Source: Vicugna vicugna
Taxonomy: Eukaryota
Reading direction: 5' to 3'
DNA length: 64,000 bases
Assembly (NCBI GenBank): GCA_013265495.1
Contig: MU058153.1
Location: 1,614,001 to 1,678,000, forward strand
This document shows positions 1-13,660 of this stretch, piece by piece. Both the position numbers and the translations under genes were made by a program. The number at the start of each line of letters is the position of its first letter. Position 1 is the stretch's first letter. The notes beneath the pieces are model-generated. The model was not told the origin of the DNA and did no database searches. It saw only the letters and a list, made by a program, of their open reading frames with translations.

Positions 1-1188
1 CTCCCAGACTTCAGACAATACTATAGAGCTACAGTCATCAAGACAGCATGGTATTGGTACCAAAACAGACATATGGACCAATGGAACAGAATAGAGAGCC
101 CAGAAATGAACCCACAAACTTTTGGTCAACTCATCTTCGACAAAGGAGGCAAGAATATACAATGGAATAAAGACAGTCTCTTCAGCAAATGGTGTTGGGA
201 AAACTGGACAGCAGCATGTAAAACAATGAAGCTAGAACACACCCTTACACCATATACAAAAATCAACTCAAAATGGATTAAAGACTTAAACATAAGACAA
301 GATACAATAAACCTCCTAGAGGAAAACATAGGCAAAACATTATCTGACATACATTTCAAAAATTTTCTCCTAGAAGAAATAAAAGCAAGAATAAACAAAT
401 GGGACCTAATGAAACTTACAAGCTTCTGCAGAGCAAAGGAAACCAGAAATAAAACAAGAAGAAAACCTACGGAATGGGAGAAAATTTTTGCAAGTGAAAC
501 CGACAAAGGCTTGATCTCCAAAATATATAAGCAGCTCATACGACTCAATAAGAAAAAAATAAACAACCCAATCCAAAAATGGGCAGAAGACCTAAACAAG
601 CAATTCTCCAAGGAAGACATACAAATGATCAAAAAGCACATGAAAAAATGCTCAATATCACTAATTATCAGAGAAATGCAAATCAAAACTACAATGAGGT
701 ATCACCTCACACCAGTCAGAATGGCCGTCATTCAAAAATCCACAAATGACAAATGCTGGAGAGGCTGTGGAGAAAGGGGAACCCTCCTACACTGCTGGTG
801 GGAATGCAGTTTGGTGCAGCCACTATGGAAAACAGTGTGGAGATTCCTCAAAAGACTAGGAATAGACTTACCATATGACCCAGGAATCCCACTCCTGGAC
901 TTGTATCCAGAAGGAAATCTACTTCAGGATGACACCTGCACTCCAGTGTTCATAGCAGCACTATTTACAATAGCCAAAACATGGAAACAGCCTAAATGTC
1001 CATCAACAGGTGACTGGATAAAGAAGAAGTGGTATATTTATACAATGGAATACTACTCAGCCATAAAAACCGACAACATAACGCCATTTGCAGCAACATG
1101 GATGCTCCTAGAGAATGTCATTCTAAGTGAAGTAAGCCAGAAAGAGAAAGAAAAATACCATATGAGATCGCTCATATGTGGAATCTAA
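1..1188 (+). CDS. LINE-1 ORF2p, C-terminal part (partial; frame open from window start)
   Basis: Frame 1 is open from base 1 ([32 protein letters not shown]...) to TAA at 1186-1188. It contains the L1 ORF2 CCHC knuckle [18 protein letters not shown] and the typical ending [22 protein letters not shown]. Confidence 0.95.
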   Translation, partial: LPDFRQYYRATVIKTAWYWYQNRHMDQWNRIESPEMNPQTFGQLIFDKGGKNIQWNKDSLFSKWCWENWTAACKTMKLEHTLTPYTKINSKWIKDLNIRQDTINLLEENIGKTLSDIHFKNFLLEEIKARINKWDLMKLTSFCRAKETRNKTRRKPTEWEKIFASETDKGLISKIYKQLIRLNKKKINNPIQKWAEDLNKQFSKEDIQMIKKHMKKCSISLIIREMQIKTTMRYHLTPVRMAVIQKSTNDKCWRGCGERGTLLHCWWECSLVQPLWKTVWRFLKRLGIDLPYDPGIPLLDLYPEGNLLQDDTCTPVFIAALFTIAKTWKQPKCPSTGDWIKKKWYIYTMEYYSAIKTDNITPFAATWMLLENVILSEVSQKEKEKYHMRSLICGI

Positions 1189-1460
1189 AGACTCATGGAC
1201 AGAGAATACAGACTTGTGGTTACCAGGGGGGTAGAGGGTGGGAAGGGATAGACTGGGATTTCAAAATTGTAGAATAGATAAACAAGATTACACTGTATAG
1301 CACAGGGAAATATACACAAAATGTTATGATAAGTCACAGAGAAAAAAATGTGACAATGAGTGTGTATATGTCTATGAATGACTGAAAAATTGTGCTGAAC
1401 ACTGGAATTTGACACAACATTGTAAGATGATTATAAATCAATAAAAAATGTTAAAAAAAA
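1..1460 (+). mobile_element. Young LINE-1 (camelid-type), 3' end of ORF2 plus 3' UTR and A-tail
   Basis: ORF2 end, G-rich 3' UTR tract (gggggggtagagggtggg), AATAAA and A-rich tail at ~1440-1460. Near-identical to the minus-strand copy at 11145-11760. Confidence 0.95.
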
Positions 1461-1985
1461 TTCATATGGAACCTCAAAAGATCCCAAACAGTCACAGCAA
1501 TCTTGAGCAAGAACAGTGCTGTAGACATCACATTGCCAGATTTCAAAATATACCACAGTTACAGTGTGGTACTGGCATAAAAATAGACATATAGACCAAT
1601 GAAACAGGACAGCCCACACATAAGCCTACACATTTATAGTCAACTGATCTTTGATATAATATATAGCCAATACATACATATTTACACATATTGGTATGTG
1701 TATATTTATATATACATATTTTTCATAAGACACAGAGAGTAGAATTGTGGTTGCCATGGACTGGAGGAATAGAGGAAGTGGGAAGATGTTGGTCAAAAGG
1801 TACAAAGATTCAGATATGCAGGATGAAAAAATTCTGGAGAATTAATATCCAGCACAGCTAACTATAGTTAGTAACATTCTATTGTATACTTGAAATTTGC
1901 TAAGAGAATAGATAATAAGGGGTCTCTCTAAAGACAAAAAATTAAATATGTGAAGTGATGGATATATTAACTAGCTTGATATAGC
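1461..1985 (+). mobile_element. Older LINE-1 (L1MA-like) ORF2 and 3' UTR fragments
   Basis: Degenerate ORF2 segment (ttcatatggaacc...gcaatcttgagcaagaac...ccagatttcaaaatatac) and L1MA-type 3' UTR (agagtagaattgtggttgcc...ttgaaatttgctaagaga). The young L1 appears to have inserted into it. Confidence 0.75.
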
Positions 1986-4488
1986 AAGGCTAAGTCTTTA
2001 GAGTTGTCAAGTGCTGAGTAAAGTGTATAATATCTTCATGAGCAAGCAGTTATTTGAAGACCATAAATGTTTGATCAGTATCGTATGTCAGTGATCATTT
2101 ATATCAGCTCTTTTGTCCGACCTTGGGGTGATATTTACTCAATACAACGCTAGGAAGTTTGTGGGGGAATATTCATTGCTGCTTTTTTATAAAAAAAAAA
2201 AAAAAAAGAACAGAACCTAAGGAAGTTTAAATGAATTGCCCAAGGTCACAAAGGTAATAACTGACAGATTTTTAAAATTAAAAATCCTAACTCTCCAACC
2301 AAGTCAGGACTTTCCACTTAATATCAAGCTTCTCATAGAATATCATGCAGGTAAAGTCAAGATTATGGGCACTGACCTTGGACTCTGCATCTGTATAAAA
2401 TGGCATTTTGAACACACTCAACAACTAAGTAGGTTACGTTTTATTGCTGTTGTAATGCTTAATCAATAAGATAAAATTATAGTGAAGCTCCTCTAATTAC
2501 GGTGTGTTATATTATTTTATGTATGCTTCTAAGCATACGAAAACTGGATTTGCTTGGGTTAATAGATATAAATTGGGTTAATCTTTTTGAGCAGAGATTA
2601 TATGACTCTAGGCTGACATGCAATAGAACTCTTATTTTATTTTATGAAGTACGGCAGCATTTTGTCATTAGGGTTGTTCCTTTATTTTACCATATCTTTC
2701 CCATCTCCTTCTCAAACTGTTCCCCATCTGCATTACTGCTTTTCTTTTTGGTGTTAATGAGATACAGTCAAACAATATGTGTCATGAAACGTACCGTTTG
2801 ATGATGGAATCAATGCAGTTTGGTATTTACTTCCCAGTGAGACATTTTACAAATCACCTTATTACTTTTTATTTTTCTTTGGGAATTTAGTCAAGGGACT
2901 GGCTTTGCCCCCACTATTTCCTACCATTCACTGATCATGTTAGTAGAAAAACAAAGTGACTTTTTAAGAGTTAGGTGTGGGAAGTGCCTTTGCTGGGAGT
3001 CAGGGTAGAGTACATAAGCCAAAGGCCTGAAGAGACTTCATTGGTGCATTTGAATGTCACTAGGTCACACTGAGGGGAGGTCAAGAAAGGGAACTTGTCA
3101 CAGGGACCAGCCTTATCGTCCTCGTGCACCTGGTCACCTGAGCTGGGTGCTCACAGCCTGTTTGTGGTGATGTTGAGGCAAAAGGAAAATATGAGGTTTT
3201 GTAAATTTACAATACATGATCATAATATCTTCACATGTCAAAACTCACTAGAGAAAGCTTTATAACTGAAAGTCAATGTCATCATTTAAAGGATTACCAT
3301 ACCGGAAGCAAATCAACAAACATCAACCATTTAATTGATTAGTACACTTAAGGCTATATGAAATAAGGATACCTTTTTTTTTTTTGGTAAACTAATTTCA
3401 GCTCACCAATGTGATTGGTTGACTGTGAATCAGGTGGAAGAATTAGATAATCTTAAAAAGTTATAGTAGTCTGGTAAATCACTCTGATCCAGACATTTGG
3501 AGATTATTATATCTGGTGTCCTAGCATTCCTTTCTTTGGCACCGCTGTCAGAACTGTTTCATCATTACTTCCTCTTTCCCATAATTTACAGTGATCAAAT
3601 GCCAGTAGCTTTTCTTGGATCCTGTCCTTATGTCAACTTTCCTAATTTCAAAACATTTTCACAGCACAATATGGTTTCCAAGTTTGTGCCCTTAAATTCT
3701 TTTCCTCGTGTGGGTATCATCGAGATATGCATATGCTGGAATTTTATGTAAAGGCAGCATGTGATTGGGGAACAATTACTGTGCATATTTATAGAAAAAT
3801 TCAGAATAGATCAATTTGAATACATAAAAATTAAAAATTTTGCACAAATAATTATACATACTCTGACAACATTATTTATCTGTTTCTCTATGCATAGGTT
3901 TTGGTGAGGTTTTTTTTTATAATTATACTCATAAAATTGTATATTCTGCTATTTTTCTCATTATTAAGTCATAAGAAATTTCCCATTCTATCATTTTTCA
4001 ATATAAACAATAAATTTGAATGCTTAAGGAAAAAATATGATACCAACTGACTGAGAGTTTTTGAAAGATATTCAAAAGAGGTTGATGTAATTATCATTAA
4101 AAAAATCCTATCAAGCTAACTTAAATAATACTTGTAATAGGGAGATATTATACGTTGTTCTGCATTACTGTACGATACTCCGTATTTAACTGATTGTGAA
4201 TGTTACTTTACTTTTCTATGTTTCATAAACTTCATGGCTTCATAGTGTAGATATCATAAATTAGATTAAACAGTTTTGTGTTGTTGATCACTCGATCATT
4301 TGACTGTTTTTAAATAACAAACAATTGTGAGATGATGGTTTTCAAATAAAATCTTTTATCTCTTTTTACATCATTTCTTCAATTATGTTCATAGGAAACA
4401 TATTAATTGTTCAATGGTTATAAACAATTAAAAATGTAAATTGGTCAAATTAGTCTTACATAATTATTTTTTAAAGTATATGCTCTCA

Positions 4489-5538
4489 GACCTGGGAGAA
4501 AATATTTGCAAATGATGCTACCAATAGGAGATTAGTTTCCAAAATACACAAGCAGCTCATGCAATTCAATAATAAAAAAAAAAAAACTTAATCAAAAAAT
4601 GGGCAGAAGACCTAAATAGACATCAATCCAAAGAAGACATACAGCGTGCTCAACATCATTCATTATCAGAGAAATGCAAATCAAAACTATAATGAGGCAT
4701 CACTTCATACCAGTCAGAATGGCCATTATCAAAAAGTTTACAAATAATGTATGCTGGAAAAGGTGTAGAGAAAAGGAAACTTTCCTACACTGTTCGTGGC
4801 AATGTAAATTGGTGCAGCTACTGTGAAGAACAGTAAGGAGGTTCCTTAAGAAACTGAAAATAGAGTTACCATATGATCCAGCAATCCCACTCCTGGGCGT
4901 ATATCTAGAAAAGACAAAACCTCTAATTTGAAAAGATGCATGCACCCCAATGTTCATAGTGGTGTTATTTACAATAGTCAAGACAGGGAAGTAACCTAAG
5001 TGTCCATCAACCGATGAATGGAGAAAGAAGATGGGATACATATACATACATACAATGGAATATTGCTCAGCCATAATAAAGAATGAAACAATGCCATTTG
5101 CAGCCACATGGATGGACCTAACGATTGTTACACTAAGTGAAGTAAGACAGAGAAAGACAAATATCATATGATATCCTTTATATGTGGAATCTAAAAATTA
5201 ATACAAAGGAACTTATTTACAAAGCAGAAATAGACTCTCAGACATAGAAAACAAACTTATGGTTACCATAGGGGAGGGATAAATTGGGAGTATGAGATTA
5301 ATAGATGCACAGCTCCATATATAAAATAGATAAACAACAAGGTTTTACTGTATAGCTCAGGGAATCATATTCAATTTCTTATAATAAACTATAATGGAAA
5401 ATAATTGAAAAAATAATATATGTATATAACTGAATCACTTTACTGTATAACTGAAACTAACACAATAGTGTAGGTCAACTGTACTTGAATAAATAAATAA
5501 ACACATACATGCATACATACATACATACATACATACAC
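4489..5538 (+). mobile_element. 5'-truncated LINE-1 (artiodactyl-type) with TSD; tail decayed to (CATA)n
   Basis: Disrupted ORF2 C-terminus and 3' UTR. TSD aagtatatgctctca (4474-4488) / aagtatatactctca (5539-5553), preceded by a TT|AAAG target. Confidence 0.9.
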
Positions 5539-5569
5539 AAGTATATACTCTCACCAGAAACATATGTCA

Positions 5570-6075
5570 GTGTTGGTGGTAGATTGGTTTTAGAAAATTC
5601 TCTAACTCACATTGAAATATGATTTTGAAGCTCCTCCCATCAAGAAGTAAGGCTTGATTTCCTCACTCATGGAAACTTGTCTTATCTTGTGACTTGCTAG
5701 GGCCAATAAAATGTGGAAGAAATGATGATGGGCTTGTTCTGAAACTAGGCGTCAAGCTTGCCACTGCTTTCTCTTAAAAATCCTGTCTCCAGCATAATAA
5801 TAAGCTTGGCTGATTGGAAGATGATAGACCAAGTAAACACAGTATTTCCTTCTGAATTCATCACAGACCAGCCTAGAGCCAGCCAGCATCAGACGGGTAA
5901 AGGAGCCCAGCCTAGCTCAGCAGAACTGCCTCTTCGACTTGCAGTTGCATGAAGGAGCCAAGATGTTATCCAAAGTGCCCCAGATAACTCATAGATGCTG
6001 AGCAAAAATAAACGTTTCTTGTTGCATTCCACTGAAGTTGTGTGGGTACTTTTTTGAGGGGAGGCAGCATTATTT
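5570..6075 (+). mobile_element. MaLR LTR (MLT1-type)
   Basis: MLT1 motifs ctcctcccatcaagaag, cttgtgacttgct..ggccaataaaatgtgg..gaaatga, and 3' aaataaa..ttgttg..ccactgaagtt. Confidence 0.65.
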
Positions 6076-6254
6076 TGGCCATAGGTGGTGTCCAAATTAC
6101 TATATTCTCATGATCAAAGAATATTTTGTATATTAATTTCTTAGGCAAAAAGATTACCTATCTCTAAAACTCTATTAGGCCAGATTTATAGTAATTCAAG
6201 TTCTTGTTTATAATTACATGTTTGGAGCAACTGAACAAAGAACCACAGAGGCTA

Positions 6255-6288
6255 GTGTGTGTGTGTGTGTGTGTGTGCGTGCGTGCGT
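6255..6288. repeat. (GT)n(GCGT)n microsatellite
   Basis: Seen directly. Confidence 0.95.
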
Positions 6289-7154
6289 TGAAAATTCTTT
6301 ATTGATACCACCTTATAAATAAATATAGCACCTGCAAAGAAGGAATTTTTACTCACCCTTAATCTGGAAGATGTAAGTATAACTCATCATTAATTTGTTG
6401 CTTAGGTTTTATAATATAATGTCATTAGAGATAACAGAGTGATGCAAATATTGAAAAAAAATACACGTTAGTTGACATTGGTAAAATTTCAATTTAATAT
6501 GGTTTGGATGATGATTCCGGAGTCAGACAATATCTTGATATTTCCATTAAAATTTTTTATGGTAAAATAGCAAATAGGTTTTGAGTGTTTAAAAATATGG
6601 TTATATATTAAAACAAGGTTATAAAGGGGAAAATTGGACATTTTTTTCTCCTAAATTTTAGCATTATGAGAATGCAGAATACTTCAGCACCAGATATGAA
6701 TACAAGATGTGTCGGTATCTACGCTCAGGAAAATAACTAAAATAATGCTTTACGTTTATTAATAGAATGCCAGCTGTGCTGGAAACAGAGAGGTAGAGGT
6801 AGCAGAGAACAAGCTCATTTTTTGTCAAGATGGAAAATTTAAATATATCTGCCCTTTTAGCACCAGGGAATTAAAATTAAGTCAAGTTTGTGCTAAATGT
6901 GGTTTAGATCTATATACTGGCAAACTAGTGAACAAAGAAGGAAAAAACAGTCATGAAACGTGATCTCCTGGTCAGTAATGGAGAACAGTAAGACAGGAGG
7001 ACTGCAAAAACCAGGGCATGTAGAGTAAAGTCATATCCAGAAAAGGAGCCCCCAAATTACAACTCTTCAGAAAAATAGGAGTTCATAAATCAGTGAGAAG
7101 GAACGCTTAAAGTAACGGGGATGAGAAATGAGGGTTTAGCGCATCTACCAAACG

Positions 7155-7430
7155 TACCATTAGAGTTCTTATCTGCAGCGTCACCTCCTCTATTTATCCC
7201 ACCGACCTCCATCTCTCGTGCTCTTAGAGAGCTCTTCACCTGACTCTATCACAGATCATCCCAGAGTCCACTCCAACTGTGTATTTTTGTGCCTGTCTCC
7301 TTCATGAGATGGTAAAATCTCTGGAGGCAATAATCTTCCATAACCCAGTGCTGTATCCTCAATCCCTTACATAGTGTCTTGTTCATAAGAAGGTGTTCAG
7401 TGAAATTTTATTTTTTGAATTGATGGATGT
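7155..7430 (+). mobile_element. L2 3' end fragment
   Basis: tgtctcc...gctgtatcctca...catagtgtcttgttcataagaaggtgttcagtgaa...tgaattgatggatg resembles the L2 tail. Confidence 0.55.
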
Positions 7431-8789
7431 CTAAGTAGACAACCAGAAATAGTGCACCCAGACACTAGGGTGCCACAAAAAAGCAGAGAGAAAGGAAGGT
7501 ATGATAATGTTTGGGGCTCCTCTGGCTAGCGACGTTTGAAACAAGGTAGGTTAGGTATCCAGCCATAGCAGAAAGAAACCATGAGACAGCAGCATCCAGG
7601 ATCTGCTGAGGTGCAATCTTGACATAGTAAGTAACGTCTGCTTAAAAATTACCTGGGATCAGCCACTCAGAAGTTAGTAGGAGTAAAGGATTATACGTGA
7701 TTGAAAGGAGTAAGTGAATAGAACACATTCAAACAATTTGATACTTTGGCTTATTGTTCTCTCTCCATCTAATTAAAAGTTTCATAAAGATGATTAACTT
7801 CATAGTCAAAGTATTTTAGTAAGTCACTGCCATCCCATTTCCTTCACTGAGTATGTGAAGATGCCTGCCCTGTCAGCTTAGCCTCTTCAACCTACAACGA
7901 TGCCATGTTGCCCAGAGAGCTTGCCTGACTTCTTTTAGGATGACAATGAGTCACAGAAACACAGCTTTACATCTAGTTCTGAGGTCTCCTTCTGTCTCTG
8001 GCAAAACAACCTGGACGGATGGCACACAGATCTTCGATCATCCCAAGGATGCTGACCTCCTTTCCCTGAGCAGCCGCAATTAAACTTTTGTTTCTCAGAC
8101 CCAATCTTTCAACTTTAGACCAAGATGATCACTACACAGATGAGTCTGGTTTCTTCCCCAGGTCCTGTTTAGAGGGAAGTTTGAACTGGGGAAAAGAAGG
8201 TAGGAAGTCAAGGCTGAGGACTGAGTTGATCCAACTTTCCCAAGATGCCATAGACTGTGCTGTCTTGAAACCTTAGAAGAGAGACGTGTGAGGGACACGT
8301 CATAGCATAAAGCCATTAGGGTAGATGATAGATTCGCGGTTGTGCACTTCTAAGAATCACAGAGTATTGTTTCATACTAGGCTGCTAATGGCACCTAGGA
8401 TATGGTCACAATGAACTGCTCTAGCACAGGGCTGTTTGCCATTTTTGTTTTAAGCCATTTTTGTTTTTGTTTTTGTTTTTCAGAGCCATTTCTTTTGATC
8501 TTCCATTGTTTGATCCATTCAGGTGAATTTGGAAACATACTGCTAATCATTTGGTTGAAGGACAAAAATGCACATAAATAAATTAGAAAACAATATATGA
8601 CCTTGTGTAATCTAGGTCTTGAGCGATGCTGAGGTAGAAGTCATCAGGACAGGCTTTATAGTAAGGTGATATTTTGTCTTTTTTCAAACAATCAGAGATT
8701 GTATTTGGATGAAAAAGGAAAAGTTATTTATGGGGATTCAGACACAGTTATAATCAGATCATAGGACAAAAAGAAAACACTGGAAAAAT

Positions 8790-9070
8790 GTTGACATGTG
8801 GCAAAAAAAAAAAAGACAAATAAACCAATAGGAAAAATGGGCTAAGACCGTGGATAACAAATTCTTTAGTGAAGACATACAAAAAGATTGTTAAATACAG
8901 AAAAAGATGTTCAGCAGCCTCTCAGTTAAAGAAATTGACATCTAAAAAGGAGTGAAGTGTCATTTTTGCTTATAAGATTGAAAAGATTGATAACATTCTG
9001 TGTTGACAAAGCTTTGGGATAGAAGCACTCTCATACTTTATTACTGGGGGTAAAAATTAATAAAAAATGT
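8790..9070 (+). mobile_element. Old LINE-1 (L1ME-like) ORF2 3' fragment
   Basis: aaccaataggaaaaatgggc...gaagacatac...aaaagatgttca...gcactctcatac; continues at ~9420-9850 after an L2 piece. Confidence 0.55.
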
Positions 9071-9079
9071 CGTCTTTAT

Positions 9080-9415
9080 TCAGTGATGCTTTCTCAATGA
9101 GTTCTACCCTGAACACCCTGGAAAAAAATTGTGCTCATCCCACAACCCATCTCCCAACTCTGGGCTATTTATTTTTGCCATAAAACTTACCACCATTACA
9201 CATAATATGTAATACACTTATTTAACATTTTTTTTCAAATTTCCTTTCTCCTCTTGATAGTATGTAAATTCCATGAACCTAGATATATTTTAATCTGCTT
9301 GATTCACTGATAAAACCTAAGCATCTAAAATCGTGCTCAGTACACAGAACATACACAGTGTTTGCTGAGTGAATGAAAAATAAATGAATGGATAGACGGA
9401 TGGATGAATAAATGA
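9080..9415 (+). mobile_element. L2 3' end
   Basis: tgtaaattccatgaa...ttcactgata...gcatctaaaatcgtgctcagtacacag...tttgctgagtgaatgaa. Confidence 0.65.
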
Positions 9416-11002
9416 CTATGTACTAAAACTGTGAATGTTCTTATGTTTTAACCCAGGAAGTTCAATTTTAGCAAGTTATCTTGAGAAAATCTACAGGTAA
9501 ATGTTGCAGGAGTGTTTATTACAACGTTATTTACAACAAAAAACTTAATGTCCACTAATAAGACATTAGTTTAATAAATTGACATTACATACCAAGGATT
9601 GTAATAAAGCCATGAAAGACACCTACATCATAAATTAATACAGATAGGTGTCACAATAATCTATTATATTTGTTAAAAAAATCACAAATTAACAGATAAA
9701 ATGTACAATATTTGTTGAAAGGTCTAGAAGGATATGTATCAGCCACTAAAGCTGGTTATCTCTTGTGTAAATATGGATATAATTTCACTTTCTTCTTTAC
9801 CTCCATATTTTTAAATATTTTTTCATAATAAGCTCAAATAATAATAAAGAAAAAAATCAGTAAAGACATAACATTTTTACATAAATAAAAACGTCCTAAA
9901 AGATACAGTTTCAATGGGGAAGAAAACATTCTTGTTCTTTTTTGTGTTTTAGACATAATGTACATTTCTCCTATGGGTGTAACACTTCTTTCAAATAATT
10001 TTGCAAATATCTGAACTCACGAGTTTGAAAAATTACAGAAAACACAAAACTCTATGAGAAAAAATTTTGAAGTATATTTTCATCCCTCTGAACTTCAACC
10101 ATTTGTTAAAATGAACATAATAATGCCTTTATCAGAGGTTGTGAGAATGAAAGGAAATCTTTTTAAGAAATTTTACTAAATGCTTATTGTATGGCAGGCA
10201 CTAGAGAAAATACGTTTCTTTTCCACCTGCAACCCCTTTCTTTTCTCTTTTTCTTTCTTTCTTTTTTTCTTTTCTTCTCTCTCTCTTTTTTTTTTCCTTC
10301 AGTCTTCCAACTGACAAAATAAAACTCAGCAGTGGAATTTTTGCCAGAATAGCTTTCACACACTGCAACTGTCCAAATCAGATGGCTGAGATTCACTTTT
10401 AGGTCAAGTACTGACTTGGTCAACAATTATTTATGTGTCCTTGAATGTGTCATTGGTCTGCAAAGGCATTGGGGATCGTAACATCTGACTACCTTAAAGG
10501 GTGATAGTGAGGATAAACGTAAACTTCAAGTTGAAGGACACCAAATGTTCAAAGTGGGGAAGCATTTAGTAGCGTGATTCTGCCCTTCACATGATAAATT
10601 AGAAGCCACTTCTCAAGTGAAACATGAAAACAGAGAGGGGATCATGAACTTGACTGGCAGGAACCATGAATCTGTTGGCATACACTTGCTGCTTTCATCC
10701 ATTATCAGCTCAAGACACTCTCACACCAACTGCATGGAGATAAAAGGCTGAATATCTAATTATCAGTTCCCTTGAGCCCCGTGGCCAAATCTTTTTATGA
10801 TTGGAGCTTAATTACCTTGAAAGAGGTGCATCAGTTTTATGAGGTTACAAAAAACAGAAGATTTAGATCGTCCCTTGTGTGAAACTAGTCTATAGATTGA
10901 ACTCGAAACAATCGTCTCTGTTCCAGCTTTATGAAAGGCAAGTGGATTATTTCTTTAAGGGAATATACAGTGTCAAGTAGTCCTGAACCCCTGCTTGGTA
11001 TA

Positions 11003-11063
11003 TAATAATAAAATAATAAAATAACAACAACAACAACAACAACAACAATAATAATAGTAATAA
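11003..11063. repeat. (AAT)n/(AAC)n compound trinucleotide repeat
   Basis: Seen directly. Confidence 0.9.
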
Positions 11064-11144
11064 TATCATTATAAAATAAGGACAATTAAATTTCTTATTA
11101 ATAAAATTCCAAAGAACAACTACTTACCAGGGCATGTGATTCTT

Positions 11145-11760
11145 TTTTTTTTTTTTACATTTTTATTGATTCATAATCATTTTACAGTGTTGTGTCAAAT
11201 TCCAGTGTTCAGTACAATTTTTCAGTCATACATGGACATATACACACTCATTGTCACATTTTTTTCTCTGTGATTTATCATAACATTTTGTGTATATTTC
11301 CCTGTGCTATACAGTGTAATCTTGTTTATCTGTTCTACAATTTTGAAATCCCAGTCTATCCCTTCCCACCCTCTACCCCGCCCCCCACCCCAGTAACCGC
11401 AAGTCTGTATTCTCTGTCCATGAGTCCATTTCTGTCCTGTATTTATGCTTTGTTTTTGTTTGTTTGTTTGTTTTTGTTTTTTAGATTCCACATATGAGCG
11501 ATCTCATATGGTATTTTTCTTTCTCTTTCTGGCTTACTTCACTTAGAATGACATTCTCTAGGAGCATCCATGTTGCTGCAAATGGCATTATGTTGTCGGT
11601 TTTTATGGCTGAGTAGTATTCCATTGTATAAATATACCACATCTTCTTTATCCAGTCACCTGTTGATGGACATTTAGGTTGTTTCCATGTTTTGGCTATT
11701 GTAAATAGTGCTGCTATGAACATTGGGGTGCAGGTGTCGTCCTGAAGTAGATTTCCTTCT
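11145..11760 (-). mobile_element. Young 5'-truncated LINE-1 with perfect 17-bp TSD
   Basis: Poly-T at the left end. TSD cagggcatgtgattctt at 11128-11144 and 11761-11777, target TT|AAGA on the minus strand. Corresponds to positions ~909-1460 of the first L1. Confidence 0.97.
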
Positions 11761-11874
11761 CAGGGCATGTGATTCTTAATGTGTTTATGGATTCTATTAA
11801 GTACAAAATCTTTTTCTTTAAATCTCAATGTCTTTAGCATTTTTAATAGGTGAGATCACTCACATTTAAGTTTT

Positions 11875-12002
11875 GTTTGTTCATTTGTTTTTGGTGGGAG
11901 AGGTAATTAGTTTTTTTTTTCCTTTAACTGAGGTACTGGGGATTGAACCCAGGACCTCGAGCATGCCAAGCACATGCTCCACCACTGAGCTATACCCTCC
12001 CC
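11875..12002 (-). mobile_element. tRNA-derived SINE (camelid Vic-1-like)
   Basis: Reverse complement reads ggggagggtatagctcagtggtggagc...ggtcctgggttcaatccccagtacctc (A and B boxes) followed by an aactaattacctc tail. Flanking atttaagtttt direct repeat. Confidence 0.9.
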
Positions 12003-13454
12003 TCAATATTTAAGTTTTAAATCTTACAAATGTCATATTTCAGCGTGAAATCGAAGTACTTAAATAACTTTAGGACACTCAGTGAGTGCACCGTATTTCT
12101 CAGACTCAATGCTACTTTCCTTAGAGTAAATTTAAGAGCTAAAATTTATATAGCATTCACTGTGCTTAGCTGTGAGTTACGGTGAAATCCTGGATATTAT
12201 CCTCTTAGGGCCAAGCAATAGAGGGTGGATTGCCTGTGTAGACTAGGTGTTTTCTTAACACTCTTCTCACCTGCACAAAAGGCAGTTACGGTTTCCCCTC
12301 CTCATTGTTGAAGCAGTCAAATAAATTGCCTGCTTATTAGTTTGATATGAATGTCTCTTCAGGATATCTAGCAGTTGATTGTCCTTAAAAATGGAAATGA
12401 TTTAGTAGAGGAAGTTGAGAGTTTGCAATTTGAGTTAGGAGAATAATAACATTAGTAGCAATGCCCATGGACTGTCTCAGTTGGTTTCCCTGTTGTCTAA
12501 GTCAGACACAATAATGTTTTAGTTAGATAAATGTTGGAACATAAGGCGATTAATAGGATTCTCTCTTTATTCCATTAAGTCACCTATGCCAAGACAAGGA
12601 CGATCTTGTTAAGAACAGACACATGGAGCTTTTAATCTTAATTGAATTCCTTGCTGTCAGCTCTGTTTTTGATTCTGTCTACCCTTGTACCATTTTTTCC
12701 CGTATAATTTTGTTTTTATCAGTTCGTATCACAAAATTTAGTGCTCTATTTTGTATGGCCTTCCTCTACAATATTTTAAAAACTTACATATGTAGCCATT
12801 TTTTAGAAACACATCCACCATCTTTAAAATTTGAAAAATGAAAAAGCAAGAAACAAATACAGAAAAAAAAATTCTGGAAACCTCTTATAATCTAGGTTCA
12901 TTGAAGTTTAGCTCATTCAAATAGCCCTCTGAAACTACATGAATATCTTTCAACACAAAACAAAGTATAGTGTCTCTCACATTTTTAAATCAGAGTCCCA
13001 TTAAACATACACAGATCCATCTCCACAAGCTACTCAATTTCTCGAAAGCAGGGATGTTGCTTTTTGTTTGATACTCCCTCTGATTCTTAGATCTAACAGT
13101 TGAGTATGAAGAAAATAGTTAATTGAATATATATGGAAAATGTATGATTTTTTAATATATTACTTGATAATAGGCTAGAACAAATACATTATTGAAAATA
13201 TCTTGTTAGGTTCTTTGATGTTTCTCTGTTAGCTAGTGTAACAGAAGAAAAACCTAAACCTGTGCCCCATCCCCATCAAAATCAAAGAAGTGCTTGAAAA
13301 TGACAGCATCTCTAGAGTAAAATGTAACCAACAAAAGAGGAGGCTGAGGAAAGTATTACGAATATTTTTTAAATCCAAGTTGAAGTGATTAGTGGTAAAA
13401 AGTAAGAATCAAGTTGTCTCTAATTTAATAACATAAATAATAAATTATACTCAC

Positions 13455-13660
13455 AAATACTAACTAATATATACAAAATAGATACATAAAAAATTTATAC
13501 TGTATAGTACAGGGAACTATAGTCAATATCTTGTAGTAACTTGGGGTGAAAAAGAGTATGAAAACAAATACATGATGTTCCTGTATGACTGAAGCATTGT
13601 GCTGTACCCTAGAAGTTGACACAACATTGTAAACTGACTGTATTTCAATAAAATATATAT
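13455..13660 (+). mobile_element. LINE-1 3' UTR end (camelid-type)
   Basis: ctgtatagtacagggaactatagtcaatatcttgtagtaac...gacacaacattgtaaactgactgtatttcaataaaa. Confidence 0.85.

Noticed and set aside
126..686. 186-aa minus-strand ORF (also 4700-5167, 11192-11497, 61443-61700)
   Set aside because: These are antisense frames of L1 ORF2 or 3' UTR, a well-known artefact.
11121..11795. Minus-strand CTG|GTAAGT donor at the L1 TSD, suggesting an interrupted 33-nt exon
   Set aside because: The acceptor is weak and the peptide is unrecognisable; likely chance.
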